A stretch of 64,000 nucleotides of DNA from Eledone cirrhosa (GCA_964016885.1 OZ024742.1:121892001-121956000), one strand, 5' to 3'; counted from the stretch's first letter, positions 39,686 through 55,051 are shown. Numbers and translations are program-made. Notes: generated from the letters alone by a model not told the origin.

Positions 39686-40005
39686 ATATATATATATATA
39701 TACACACGCGCGCACACACACACAGGTACACACAAATATATATAATAGGGAGACGGATTTTGAAATAGTAACATCGAAAACAAGTCCGTCTCAATATCAC
39801 TGGGTGTATTGCTCAGGATAAGTATTACATAAACTGTGGATTACCTAAAATGCCATCTGAAAAAGACTTGTCAATAATTGCGGAATCGGATGCTTGCATA
39901 ATTGAGACTGACAGAAATGCTTTTATCAGTAACATCCATAAAGAGAACTGTGGAAATCTAATATATATATTATATCTAATATATATATTATAAATATAAT
40001 ATATA

Positions 40006-40060
<55 letters not shown>

Positions 40061-40065
<5 letters not shown>

Positions 40066-40908
40066 AATTTATATCTAGTAACATTTATATACACACAGAT
40101 GCATATCAATGCTAGCAAATATATAGGTTTTGTCTTATTAACAATGTGGTTCAATGCATGGGGTTGCAGAACAATAATATGAGAGACGTAAAATAAGAAA
40201 ATTATAAAATTAACTTACTTACTAAAAAATCACTTCCAACTAATTAGTTTCTGGAATGGAGTAAATATATTTTCCGAAGAAACATATAAAAAATCATTCC
40301 GTTCCGTCATCAGGAAAGTCTTTTTCCGTACAGGTCTCCAGGCATAGCGAGGACACTGGAAACTTATTAAAAAAATAATTCAGTGGAATGGAAATAGCGA
40401 AGCGTGGACTGGATTCCAAGCCATTGAGAAAATCACTGCCTCTACGTCTGTGGCAAATTCAAAAAGAATCAATCACGTGACATCGAGGTCAATCAGTGGA
40501 AAGCGAGTGGTTATTAAGACAGCGGCCAGCTTACTACCATAGTAGCAGTCATGGCCAAATATTGCTCGACAAATGAATTGGAGATAATTATAAGGAATTT
40601 ATATCTAGTAACATTTATATACACACAGATGCATATCAATGCTAGCAAATATATAGGTTTTGTCTTATTAACAATGTGGTTCAATGCATGGGGTTGCAGA
40701 ACAATAATATGAGAGACGTAAAATAAGAAAATTATAAAATTAACTTACTTACTAAAAAATCACTTTGCTAGCATTGATATGCTAGCAAAGTATATCTACT
40801 CCATTTCCAGGAAAATATATTTACTCCATTCCAGAAACTAATTAGTTGGAAGTGATTTTTTAGTAAGTAAGTTAATTTTATAATTTTCTTATTTTACGTC
40901 TCTCATAT
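40061..40908 (-). mobile_element. Retrozyme-like non-coding element: 530-bp unit, 175-bp direct repeat, inverted fragment
   Basis: 40061-40235 is repeated at 40591-40765; 40810-40908 is the inverse of about 40176-40274; (TA)n flanks. Confidence 0.85.
40232..40319 (-). ncRNA. Type I hammerhead with an extended stem II capped by cUUCGg (family K)
   Basis: ACTTTC-CTGATGA-CGGAACGGA..TTTC-TTCG-GAAA..TCCATTCCA-GAAA-CT-AATT-AG-TT|GGAAGT. Confidence 0.8.
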
Positions 40909-40950
40909 ATATATATATATATATATACATACATATAATATATATATACA

Positions 40951-40997
<47 letters not shown>

Positions 40998-41124
40998 CAT
41001 ACATATAAATATATATATATATATATATACATATAATATATATATATATTATTATATATATATTATATATATATTATATATATTTTATATTATATATATA
41101 TTATATATATATATACATATTAAT

Positions 41125-41419
41125 GACGTATTATTCGTTCTTTCCCGTTCTTTGCCAGCGAACGTTTCCACGAACCAAAGTATCGTCTTCCTGTCTTCCT
41201 CCGGTTGCAACGTTTTTTGAAATATCCAGCTCTGCGTTTACAGATTGACTTTGTTAGTTTCAGAAGATCCCGTTAAGGGTGAAAGCAGCGATTCTTAGCT
41301 TAAACTTTAATCTGTTATTTTAATAAATATTTGCTCTACGGTTCTTATATATTTGATATATATTTATCCTTATCGAGCCCTCTTTGGATTCTAGTCTTCA
41401 AATTTATTATTATTACTAT

Positions 41420-41420
<1 letters not shown>
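41125..41420 (+). mobile_element. Solo family D pseudo-LTR with the U4A HHR-like motif (41256-41306)
   Basis: Reverse complement of 36782-37045; between TA tracts. Confidence 0.8.
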
Positions 41421-43568
<2,148 letters not shown>

Positions 43569-43574
43569 GTAAGA

Positions 43575-43745
43575 GATTGGCAGTATCGGTAGAGGGTCGG
43601 ACGCCATGCTTTGCACCATAGAGTTCCGGCCCTTTATGAGTTTAAATCCCGCCGCGGTTAGCTTTGCCTTTTATCCTTACGGGGTCGATTTAATCGATTC
43701 CCCTCCCCCCAAATTTCTGGCCGTGTGCCTATATAAGAAACCATT
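43575..43745 (+). mobile_element. Major tRNA-derived SINE
   Basis: A/B boxes and the GCCTTT(T)ATCCTTACGGGGTCGAT core. Confidence 0.8.
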
Positions 43746-43757
43746 TTACATATATAT

Positions 43758-44321
43758 GTAAAATAAGTAAGTGAAACATGTTAAATTTGGCTTCGTTTAT
43801 TATAAATTCTCTGCTATATATATTTCAGTGACAGCAATTATTGGCTGTGACCTCTTCAGGCAGTACGAATTAATGTAGAAAGGTTAGGTAAAGATGGTGT
43901 TGAAATGTGTTCCACTCTGTCAATTCATCGATATGTCGAACTCCTGTGTGTATTGATAGTCATACGAGGAACTGGAATCATATCATATGATTCCAGTCAT
44001 ATAATATGATTTCAGTTCCTCGTAGGACTAACATTACACACAGGAGTTGGACATATTGATGAATTGACAGAGTGGAACGCATTTCAACACCATGTTTACC
44101 TGTTCTTTCTACTTAAATTCGTACTGCCTGAAGAGGTCACAGCCAATAATAGCTGTCACTGAAATATTTATAGCAGAGAATTTATAATAAACGAAGCCAA
44201 ATTTAACATGTTTCACTTACTTATTTTACATTACTCCGGGGTAAACAAACCAACCTCCGTTCTTCGTCGAATGCTCCAACCTGCGTACTGAGTTGTCGGT
44301 AAACAACCACACATACTCAAA

Positions 44322-44325
<4 letters not shown>
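43758..44325 (+). mobile_element. Palindromic non-coding relative of the PLE1 terminal repeat (family C)
   Basis: About 43758-43990 is inverted at 43998-44229; about 95-nt extension homologous to 7385-7481; HHRs at 43811-43864 (-) and 44123-44176 (+). Confidence 0.88.
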
Positions 44326-44368
<43 letters not shown>

Positions 44369-44438
44369 GGTGTTGCAGTGTCCCAAGAACGTATACACAC
44401 TTTGATTACCCGTACATGCATTTATTAGAATGGTGTTG

Positions 44439-44482
<44 letters not shown>

Positions 44483-44535
44483 AAATGTGGAGAAGGAGCA
44501 CACGAGTTGGAATATATATATATATATATATATAT

Positions 44536-47500
44536 ATGAAAATAGGGATAAAAAGACGATTATTAGGAAGTAAAATATATTTTTTCCCTTTTCATTTTTT
44601 CTCTCTTTTTTCTGGGTTAGAAAATGTTTAAAACAAAATATTTTACTTTGTGTGAAGTGTTAAGGTATTAGTTAATTTATTTACTAATTAATAATGGCAT
44701 TTATTTATTTATTTATTTATATATTTAATAATTGTCTATTACCGGTTTCAGCATTTTATGCATTATCAAAGGGGGGAATTTGTATTAGTGTAAAATGTTG
44801 GTGATGTTGAACATGTTAAAGAAATGGTGAAGAAAGAATAATGTTTTTTACAAACAAGGTTTTTGAAGTGAAAAAAAAGGGGGGTAATGTGGAACATGAT
44901 AAGATAATGGGAAAGAAAAAATAATATTATTTACAGGCCTAGTTCATGAAGATAAGCAGTTCAAAATGTGTTATTATGGCAAGAGTGCTTAGTTGATCCA
45001 TGATGGAGGCAAATGGTAGTCTGGTGTTTGATATGATTTCCCTTTTTAGAGAGTTAATAAGTAGGTAATACAGGGTGGTCAGGTAGGGGAGAGAGAAATG
45101 AGAGGGGGTAATTCATTTATATAAGAAAAAGGATTAGGTAGGGTGTGAGGGAGGTAACACTTTAGAGAACGTGGGGATTTGGTTTTGGTTCATTGTTCGT
45201 TCCAGTTTTAGTTTAGTCCGAAGTTTAGTCCATTAAGTAGAGGCTGGAATTTGTTAATGAAGTACGTTTCCTTATTGGTACGATGGATGAAAGAAGCGTT
45301 GTCTATGAATGTGTAAATGGGGAAAATTTCAAAGTTTGGATGTTGGTTAGGTGTACAATTGGCGATATGTTCACTAAAAGCAATCTTTCTGTATTCCTGT
45401 ATTTTGATTTGTGATCTATGGACGGTCATACGTTGTCGGAGGCTGTTTTTTGTCTGTCCTATGTAGTGCTCTTGACAACCTGAGCAGGTTAAAACATAGA
45501 TTAGGTTTTCAGATGCACATGTAACATTGTGTTTAACTGTGAAATGTTGTCCTTGTTTAAAATGGAATGTTGAACCTTCTATTAGATTTATGCATATGCC
45601 ACAGCTGGGCCTTCCGCATTCTTTTACTGTAGGGTAAATTGTGAGGGTTGGTTGGATCTTGAGTTGTGTGAGGATATTTTTTATGGATTTAGGTTGTTTT
45701 TTGCTCTTTATGATGTTGTGTGTTTGGAGGATTTTGTTCATTCTTGGGTCTCTTTTTAGTAAAGGAATTTCTGGAGGATGGTGTCGAATTCCTCATTGTT
45801 GAGGGGGTTGTGTGTGGAGATGTATGGTAGAGTTTTCTGTTGCGGTTCATTCCTGGGTTTGGAGTGTCTGAGTTCCTGGATGTTGAGTTTTAGGGCACGT
45901 TGAAATCCATTGTTGATTAGGGATGGTGGGTAGTTTCTGCTGATAAGTGTGTTCTTTAATTCTTCTAGTCGTGTGTAGCATGTGTATTTATCTGAAACTA
46001 TTGTGCAGATACTTCTGGCTAGGTTATAAGGAATTGCCATTTTGGTATGGCGATAGTGGCACGAGTTGAATGGAAGGTATTGTTTGGAGTCTGTGGGTTT
46101 GTAGTATATGTCTGTTTCAATTTTGTTGTTTGTTTTCTTGATGAGGATGTTGAGGAAAGGGAGTTGTTCATGGCTGTAATCCATTGTAAATTGTAAGTTT
46201 GTGTTGAGTCCATTTAGAAAGGTTTTAAACTCAATCAGTCTTTCTATACTTTTATGCCAGAGGATGAAGCAGTCGTCCAGATATCTCTTCCAGTTTTTTT
46301 CTATGTACAGGTAGAAGTGGTTACCGTATTTGTCTAGAACTTTGCGCTAGAGAGTGGTTTCCAAATATCCCATGACAAGGTTGGCGTATGAGGGGCTACT
46401 TTCGTGCCCATGGCAATCCCAGATTTCTGTCTGTAGTATTTGGCATCAAATTCGAAGAAATTGATTTCCAAGATGAATTTGAGTCCCTCCAACACAAATT
46501 CTTTAGGGATGCACTGTAGATGTTCACTAGGGAAATTTTCAAGCCAGAATTGTATTGCCTCTATACCTAGGTTGTGTGGGATATTGGAATATAGATTGAT
46601 GACATCAAAGGTTACTAGTAGGGTATGTTCATTATTAAGTGTTGTTGGGAGGTGGTTAAGCATGTAAAGGTCGTCCCTTATGAAGCTTTTTATGTGTTTT
46701 AGGAAAGGTTTAAGCAGAATATCCAGGAAGTTGCTTAGGCGGTGGGTTTCACATGTGGTACCTGCTATTATGGGTCTTAATTTAAGGTCATCAGGAAGGG
46801 GTATATTGATGTAAATGTCTGTGGCTTGCTTGCAGGCCCTGCCTATTACTTCGCTTTTGTGTGTCTTTGGGATACCGTAGAAGAGGCTGGTTCTGCTTTT
46901 GAAATTGGTGATGTAGCTGTATTCTTTGTCGGTAAGGCGTTCTTTGTAAAGGGTTGTTAGGGATTTTAGGTTTCTCATTATTTTCTGTTGTGTGTACTGT
47001 TGGGCCTTTTCGTAATATGTTTGGTTTTCTAGAGTTGAGAGTACTAGAGTCGTGTAGTTATCTGTCCCCATATGAATTACTGCACCCCCTTTATCCGCCT
47101 CTTTGATTGTTAAGACCATTCCATTCTTTTTTGCTTAGGTTTTGTTTTTGTTTATGTCTGTGTAGGTGGTGGTATGGTAATTAGTAATGTGTTCGCAGAA
47201 TTGATCGAGGAATTTGTTCTTGCCTTTTGGTGGGTGTAGTTGCTTCTATCTCTGGCTATTGTGTCATCCTCATTGTATTTGTCGTATAGTTTCTCGCTGA
47301 GTCTCAGTTTTCTACAGAATTCTGCAATATCTTCCTTCATTTCGGGGTAGTTTGGTCGTTGGGTGGGGGTTGGGGCGGGGTGGAGGTGGGTGGGGTGGGG
47401 TGGTGGGGTGGTGGTGGTGTAAATTTCATACAATTGTAGAGTATGTTGATTTGGTCTGTTGTTAATTCTTTAGAGGTTAAATTAACGATTTTTATTAAAT

Positions 47501-48808
47501 TTTGTGTCTCCTGTGTGTTTTGTGTTATCTTGTAATCCTGTGTCTGTGTGCTGTGTCTAAAACATGACTACGGAAGTTGTGGTGGTTGTTGAAGTTTGGA
47601 TGTCTCTTATGGTTGTATTGGCCCCAGCTGTTGTTGTTAGAGGGTGTGTAGCTGTGGTGGTTGTTGAAGTTAGGTTGTATCGTGTGGTTGTATTGAGCCC
47701 TGCTGTTGTTGTAGGGTGTAGATTTGATGAATGTGTTTAAAGGGTGTGTAGTTGTGGTGGTTGTTGAAGTTGGGTTGTATCATATGGTTTTGTTGAGCCT
47801 TGCTGTTGTTGTAGGGTGTGTAGACTTGGTGGTAGTTGTAGTAGGGTTGTCTTGTGTGGTTATATTGAGTCCTGCTGTTGTTGTTGTATGGTGTGTAGTT
47901 ATGCTGGTTGTAGTGGTTAGGGTGTCTCGTGTGGTTGTATTGTCCCCGCTGGTGTTGTTGTAGTAGGATGTGGTTAGTGGAGGAGGGTAGATTAGGGTTT
48001 CCTTATAGTTGGTGTGTGGTTGTGAGACCCTATGTGGCATGTGTGATAGTTGTGTATTTTGGGTTCTATGTTGAAAGTAATGATGGTTGTGGGTTTGTTG
48101 TGTGGGGATGTTAGGGGGGTTGTAAGTGTGGGGGATTTTATGGTTTCTCCTGGTGGGAAAGAAGTTGTAGTGTTTATCTTGTAGCTGATGTTTCTCTATT
48201 ACTATATTTGTTGCTTGGGAGTCCCTGTGGTAGCTATGTGGTGGGTGTAGGAGGTAGGGACGAGGTGATGCCTTCTTTTTTTGGTATGTGGGGAGGTTTC
48301 ATTTTTGTTGTTGTGTGATGTTTGGTTGGTGATTGGGTTTTATTGTTATTATGGTTTTAATGACGGGTTTCTTGGATGTGTGTTCTTTTTGGAAAAGTGT
48401 TTCATAGTTAGAGAACCATGTTTCGTTTATTTCCCAACGTTGAAGCGATTTTAATTCTTCCTTATTACAGTCCTCTAACTATAATTTTGAAATATTTTCT
48501 AGGGTGGTGTCTTTGGCTTTATTGAAAATTGCTTGATTAATCTCATCGTCGATTGATTTGATCCTGAGCCTATCTTCATTTGCTTGGGCTCTCAATTTAA
48601 GGAGTTAAATTTCGGTTTTTATGTTATCAAGTGTCATTCTTTCCCTGAGGTGTCTTTGTGTCTCGGGTTCATTTGGGATGGATTTAATTTGTAGTTTGCG
48701 GGGAACGATTAATGGGGATGAGTTAATCCATTTTTCATAGATCTCCGCTTTGTTATTATTTTGTATTATCTTCCAAACAAATAATCGTCTTTTTCTCCCT
48801 ATTTTCAT
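44536..48808 (-). mobile_element. Near full-length degenerate PLE (Neptune-like) with 29-bp terminal inverted repeats
   Basis: ATGAAAATAGGGA(T/G)AAAAAGACGATTATT at both ends in inverted orientation; TA flanks; RT and GIY-YIG remnants. Confidence 0.88.
45208..48780 (-). pseudogene. PLE polyprotein remnant: N-terminal domain, Thr-rich linker, RT, CxxC linker, GIY-YIG
   Basis: IKEADKGGAV, FYGIPKTHK, LRPIIAG, FDVINLYSNIPH, GIAMGTKVAP, WKRYLDDCF, YYKPTDSKQYL, CGRPSCGIC, NLIYVLTC..C..HYIGQT. Confidence 0.92.
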
Positions 48809-49060
48809 ATATATATATATATATATATACAAAAGTACAGTATATTAGAAGTTCGAGTAGCAGCTAAGCCAACGAATGCCTTCAGCAGTGCAGCCAAGCA
48901 CTCGACAAGGTATAGACCTCAGAGTAATAACATACAGTTTAAAGGGCTTTGTAAACTGAAAATAACGACCGCTAATTCAGCTGCGTCATCTGTAGCAACG
49001 AAAGAACTGACTAGTGAGAACAATATACACACACACACATACATACACACACATATATGT

Positions 49061-49123
<63 letters not shown>

Positions 49124-49148
49124 TGTATATATGTATATATATATATAT

Positions 49149-49321
49149 CCAGCGAATTTTCAACCGTCAAGGTTGTTTTCCATGGTTATGTCACTATTTA
49201 TAAAACAAATTTTGTATTTTATCTGATGAAAGCGCCCCAAGATTGGCTTGGTCGCCCTTGAAATATATATAATAAAATAATTATGGCTTTATAAATATAG
49301 TTTCCATTTATTAATATATTG
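49149..49321 (+). mobile_element. Solo about 170-bp pseudo-LTR (family M)
   Basis: Between TA tracts; the tail resembles 54729-54771. Confidence 0.75.
49215..49279 (+). ncRNA. Type I hammerhead (family M), intact core
   Basis: TATTTTAT-CTGATGA-AAGCGCCCCAAG-attgg-CTTGGTCGCCCTT-GAAA-T-ATAT-A-TA|ATAAAATA; 8-bp stem I. Confidence 0.85.
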
Positions 49322-49367
49322 TATATATATATATATATATATTGTATATATATATATATATATATAT

Positions 49368-49460
<93 letters not shown>

Positions 49461-49500
49461 TGTATATATATATATATATATATATATAGTATATATATAT

Positions 49501-49531
<31 letters not shown>

Positions 49532-49583
49532 TGTATATATATATATATATATATATATTGTATATATATATATATATATATAT

Positions 49584-49643
<60 letters not shown>

Positions 49644-49668
49644 TGTATATATATATATATATATATAT

Positions 49669-49748
<80 letters not shown>

Positions 49749-49777
49749 ATATATATATATATTGTATATATATATAT

Positions 49778-49817
<40 letters not shown>

Positions 49818-49846
49818 ATATATATATATATTGTATATATATATAT

Positions 49847-49889
<43 letters not shown>

Positions 49890-50421
49890 TAGCGAACAGC
49901 TAATTCGTATTTTTCATCTGGCTGAGAAATTTGTAATACAGTTCAATCAAAAGAAGTATAATATAATCAAACTCTATCACTATTAGAAGAAGGTATCACG
50001 TTTACTATTTCTTTTTTGCGTGACATTAACACGATTAATTTCATGTTACATCAGAATGGATTTGGTACAAAAGTACCAAATTTATAACACTCAACCATCT
50101 TTTATATATAGCGGAGTAAAGGTTATACGCGGCAGATAATAAATCACTCTGATTATTCCAACAGTACACTGATACATCTGGATAATTGAAATTCGGTTAA
50201 GAAAAATGTGCCTGCAGAAATTTGAAGAAATGAATATTAATTAAAATCATCTCCTCAATAGCATTTTATATGAAAGGACAACGATAAGAGATTAAAAGCA
50301 AATAGAAACTTACAAATACTTAATTAAAGAAGCAGACAGACTACAATACACTCAAATTAAAGAGCAGATTAGGTTATAATAGACACATTAGGTTAATTAC
50401 TATATCAAAGTTATAAAAACA

Positions 50422-50642
50422 GGGTGGTGTATTGGCAGTATCGGTAGTGTGTTGGACAATATGCTTTGTGGCATATAGTTATTCTTTTCTGTTCTGAGTT
50501 CCAATCTCGCCGAGGTTAGCTTTGCCCTTCATCCTTAAAAGGTCGACAACATTCTGCACCAGTAAAGAACTGGGGTCAATTTGATCGAGTTTCCTGTTCT
50601 CTTCAAATTCCTGGTCTTGTGAGTCAAATGCAGAAACAATTA
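50422..50642 (+). mobile_element. Major tRNA-derived SINE, diverged
   Basis: TTGGCAGTATCGGTAG..CTGAGTTC..TTGCCCTTCATCCTT. Confidence 0.7.
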
Positions 50643-51444
50643 TATCAAAGATCAATGCCAAAAATGACAAAAAAGTTATGTAGCAATCATTTGTATAATG
50701 AACAAAAAATGAAATAAGCTGTGTAAAGAAAATAAAATGAAAGAAACTGTGTAAAGAAAAAAAGATGAAGTAATCTGGGTAAAGAAAAGAAAAACAGATA
50801 GAATTTTTAACACTCCAATCCTGGCAGTCTTTAAATGTTATGGAGGAACTCGTTGATGAGTGCTTGATAAAATATCATATCAGTGACAGCAGATTTATGA
50901 TCAACCGTTATTGAAATTGAATCTAGAGAGCTTTGATACCGTGACCCGTAAAATAACCGACATCAAAATCTTTCGAAACAAAAGCGATAAGCCCTTTGCT
51001 TGGAATGCATCCACCAGTCTATCCACAGACCTAAGGAAAACAGCATTAGACACAGACTTAGTTGCACGATATGCTGTGGATCGCAAATTAAAAAAAGCAA
51101 CGGCTATTTTCCTATAGATATATTTTCGAACATTTACCGACAGAGTAATTCGGCCCTTTGGCCCGTGAACCATCTCCCTGCTCAGTTTATTCAGAATAAT
51201 GATGGCCATCCATAACAATAAGCACAGTGAGATGGAATAGCTTTAATGGCTCTTCCATCTGGCCAATGTTTGGGGTAATACATACTCTGTTATGTCAATG
51301 TGGGAATCATGACTCACTTTGATATAACCAAATCATTAAAAAGAGATAAAATAGTGAACATTGATTCGAAAAAATAAGAACAAATATAATGAGAAAAATG
51401 TTAATCATAATCATGAATCATAATCGGATTAAAATACTTTTTTA

Positions 51445-52100
51445 GATACTACGGGCATGTGGTTAGAAAGCCTCTGGAAAGAATCGCTGGGTAGATTTTT
51501 ACGGGTAAAACCAACAGGAAAGACACCCAGGCTTAGACCCCGTGCAAGATGGGGGTATAAAATCGTTGAGCTCGGCTCGTTTCGCTTGAGGATCCAGTCA
51601 GGTTAATTGGAAACGGTTGCTTCTGACAGGGCTCGTTTGATGTAGTGTTTGAGGACTCCGGCCCAAGACACTCCAAGGAATAATAATAATAATATTAATA
51701 ATAATAATAATAATAATGTTTTCTTTATTAACCACAAGAGTTTACATAAAGTAGACATTAAGGACAGTACAGGACAATACAGGACGGTACAAATGGGAAT
51801 TTCTGCGTGTAAAAAAACAAAAACAGAGGATGTAACAAAAAATAACAATGGAAAATTCCCCAATAAGGGGGAGACTTCCGAGGGACATTTGTGGAGAAAG
51901 CCCATTAAAAGGCCACAGTGACCCTGACCACCAGGGCAAGTGCCCTCTCCCAGTTTTCCACCTTTAATTTACAGACACATACTCAGAGTAGGCCATTCTT
52001 GCTTCTCTCACCCATCTTTCAACAAAATGCTGGGAAGAGAGCACTTCTCTCTTTACCCTGATTTTCCTTTTCAAATGAAATAATAATAATAATAATAATA
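51445..52100. mobile_element. Two short, degenerate LINE 3' ends: RTE-like on + with a (TAA)n tail, L1/Tx1-like on -
   Basis: YGHVVR.. followed by (TAA)n at 51680-51717; RKIRVKREVLSSQHFVERW on the minus strand; family assignment weak. Confidence 0.4.
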
Positions 52101-52345
52101 ATAAGAAGAAGAAAGATAATTTAATATAATTTCGATTAATTCTCTCCAGATTTCGTTTTGTTATATATAATGTCTCGTACATTAAAGAAAAGCGGTTCGA
52201 ATGTGAGAAAAAACACTTGATAGATAATCTCACTCAATTTTACGTAAACCAGAAAATGAATATATCAAAAGATGTACAAAAAAGTAGGAAGTATAGTTAT
52301 TTTACCTGGTCTGAGAATATTGTCTTAGTTACCAGATATGACCTA

Positions 52346-52728
52346 CCGTGATTCCCCTATTATAAGACAGGTCTTATATAATTTTCTCTCTCTCTATCAA
52401 AAAAAAAAAGAAACTGCACTACATCCCGGGTAGGGTTTATATTTTTACAAAAAATAAAAATAATAGCACCAGAACTTTGATAAAAGTATCATTATACTGA
52501 TATCAAAAATAATAAATAAATAAAGTATATATGTAATAGAGTTAAAAATTATATCATTAAAATAATTTATTCTATTAGTAATCAGCAAGAACCTGAACAT
52601 CTGTGTTTTAGATTATTTTGTATATTAATTTTTCTCGCCAAAATGCGCTAGGGCTTATATAGGATAGCAACATAAAAAACATTCTAGGGCTTATTTTTGG
52701 AGTAGGTCTTGTAATAAGGAAAACACGG
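52346..52728. mobile_element. Tc1/mariner-pogo-type MITE
   Basis: Imperfect TIRs CCGTGATTCCCCTATTATAAGAC / GTCTTGTAATAAGGAAAACACGG flanked by TA on both sides; no ORF. Confidence 0.7.
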
Positions 52729-53768
52729 TATTTACATGTAGCCTGCTTGAAAGATAATTCTGGTCATTATGGACATTTTACAATGTCAGTGACGGGACTA
52801 GTTATGGAGATTTTACAATGTTAGTGATGGGATTATTATCACTGAATGTCAATCTTATACATTTTGTATCTTGCCTATATTAGCACAATATTTTATATAA
52901 TTTCTTATGTATAAGGAATTACATTTTGAATGCTGAGTGGCTTTGTTATCTGAAATATTACACAAAATATTGTTTGTTTGTCTGTTGTAAGGTAAACGGT
53001 CCTATAGTTCATGAAAGGGGGAAATAGGTGTTGTCATGTTCTAACCCTTCATTTAAGTATAGATTGAGTGAATTGGTTTCAAAATAAATCATGATAACAG
53101 TTGATCAGATGTTTACTGCTTCATGAAACGCCATTGTTTTGATGAGGCGATATATCTCGCCTATATTCATTCCTCATTTGGAGCATGAATTATTAACTTA
53201 AACAAGGTGAATTGTTCTACAATTTATTCTGAAACTGCATTGAAATTTCACTCACCGAATAAACTTACTTCCGGCTGATAGGAGTACGACCTTGCTGAAT
53301 AAAGTGTTCAGAAATATGTTAGAAAACAAGATATTTGAAATATTGAATTGCAGAACTGTAATAGAGAAGAAAAGAATGTCAACTTGTCAACATTGTATTC
53401 TTGTGAAAGCCTTTTCTTTTTCCGCATTTGCTTTCGAAAACTAGAAATTAAGTGAACAGTTACATGGTGAAAAGAAATTTTCTTCAAACTCAAAACAGAA
53501 GTAAAAAAATAAATAGAAACTAAAACAGAACCAAACAAAAGACGAAAAACGTATTCTAAAACAAAAAAAATTAATAGAATTACGGTTTTTCTTCTTTTCT
53601 TCCCAACATATTCTTCACAGTGAGTCTGTTATTTGCAAAAAAGAAAATCTTGCTTCATGTAGCTGTTAGTTTTCCTTTATTATTGATATCGGACATCTCA
53701 ACAGTAATCCGCTGTCAGTTTGGTTAAGTATTGGCAAATGTATAAAAAAAGAAATCTCATACAGAAAG

Positions 53769-53840
<72 letters not shown>

Positions 53841-54260
53841 AAGGGAAAATGAGAATGAGAAAAATTTCGAGAAAGATAGTGGAGGAATGGAGGTGCAGAG
53901 AGAGAAAGAAAGACACGTACAAAACGTTCAAATATACAAAGAAATATTTATAGTCACACAGAAATATATACACAAGCCAATATTCACCGACTGATACTAT
54001 CTGGTTAAAAACGAAACAGAACCAAATAAAACGTGAAGCAGTACATATATAACGGAAGTGAGGAATATTGTACATATATATATATGTGCACTGAGTGTTA
54101 GAGAATGCTTGAGTATGGTGGTGTTAGTGTGTACTTGTGTGTGTGTGTGTGTAGGGTCTAATGAACACCGAAGGGGAACATTATAAAGTTTATTTCAAAG
54201 AGGATTTCATCAATGGAAAACAATACAAGAGGAGAAATAATATATATATATATATATATG

Positions 54261-54766
54261 TAAAGTTATATTTAAAATTGTTGGGTTACAACTAGTAAAT
54301 ATTTATAACTGATATAAAAGCACTCGACAAATATTTGGAGTATATTTACAATATTAAATAAATGGAAAACTATATTTATAAAACCATATTTATTTCATTA
54401 TATATATTTCGGGGATATCATATTAACAATATGCTATGCCTTCATCAGACAAAATACAATATAAACAGTTTTATAGATAAATATATTCGACATACCGTAA
54501 TAAACATCAACTTCATTTGAAGAGGTTTACGCTAGCAATGACTGCTAGCAGTGACTGCTAGCAGTGACTGCTAGCAGTGACTGCTAGCGTAAACCTCTTC
54601 AAATGAAGTTGATGTTTATTACGGTATGTCGAATATATTTATCTATAAAACTGTTTATATTGTATTTTGTCTGATGAAGGCATAGCATATTGTTAATATG
54701 ATATCCCCGAAATATATATAATGAAATAAATATGGTTTTATAAATATAGTTTTCCATTTATTTAAT

Positions 54767-54771
<5 letters not shown>
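54261..54771 (-). mobile_element. Palindromic non-coding PLE-type element (family N)
   Basis: About 190-bp arms 54348-54536 / 54583-54772; spacer made of four 13-mers; the left arm extends about 85 nt; TA flanks. Confidence 0.88.
54663..54728 (+). ncRNA. Type I hammerhead (family N); mirror copy at 54391-54456 on the minus strand
   Basis: TATTTTGT-CTGATGA-AGGCATAGCATATT-gtt-AATATGATATCCCC-GAAA-T-ATAT-A-TA|ATGAAATA. Confidence 0.85.
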
Positions 54772-54811
<40 letters not shown>

Positions 54812-54965
54812 ATATATATATGTATATATAAGTATACATATATATATGCATATATATATACATATATATATACACATATATATAAACATACATATATATA
54901 TATACATATATGTATACATATATATATAAACATACATATATATATACATATATGTATACATATAT

Positions 54966-54999
<34 letters not shown>

Positions 55000-55051
55000 G
55001 TGTGTGTGTGTATATATATATATATTTTTTATATGTATATATATATATATC

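Noticed and set aside
39750-39792. 11-bp hairpin GAGACGGATTT/AAGTCCGTCTC
   Set aside because: Isolated and single-copy here, with no further evidence of function.
50901-51218. Possible very old CR1/L2-type RT remnant or host exon
   Set aside because: Only a faint resemblance to RT motifs; not supportable without a profile search.
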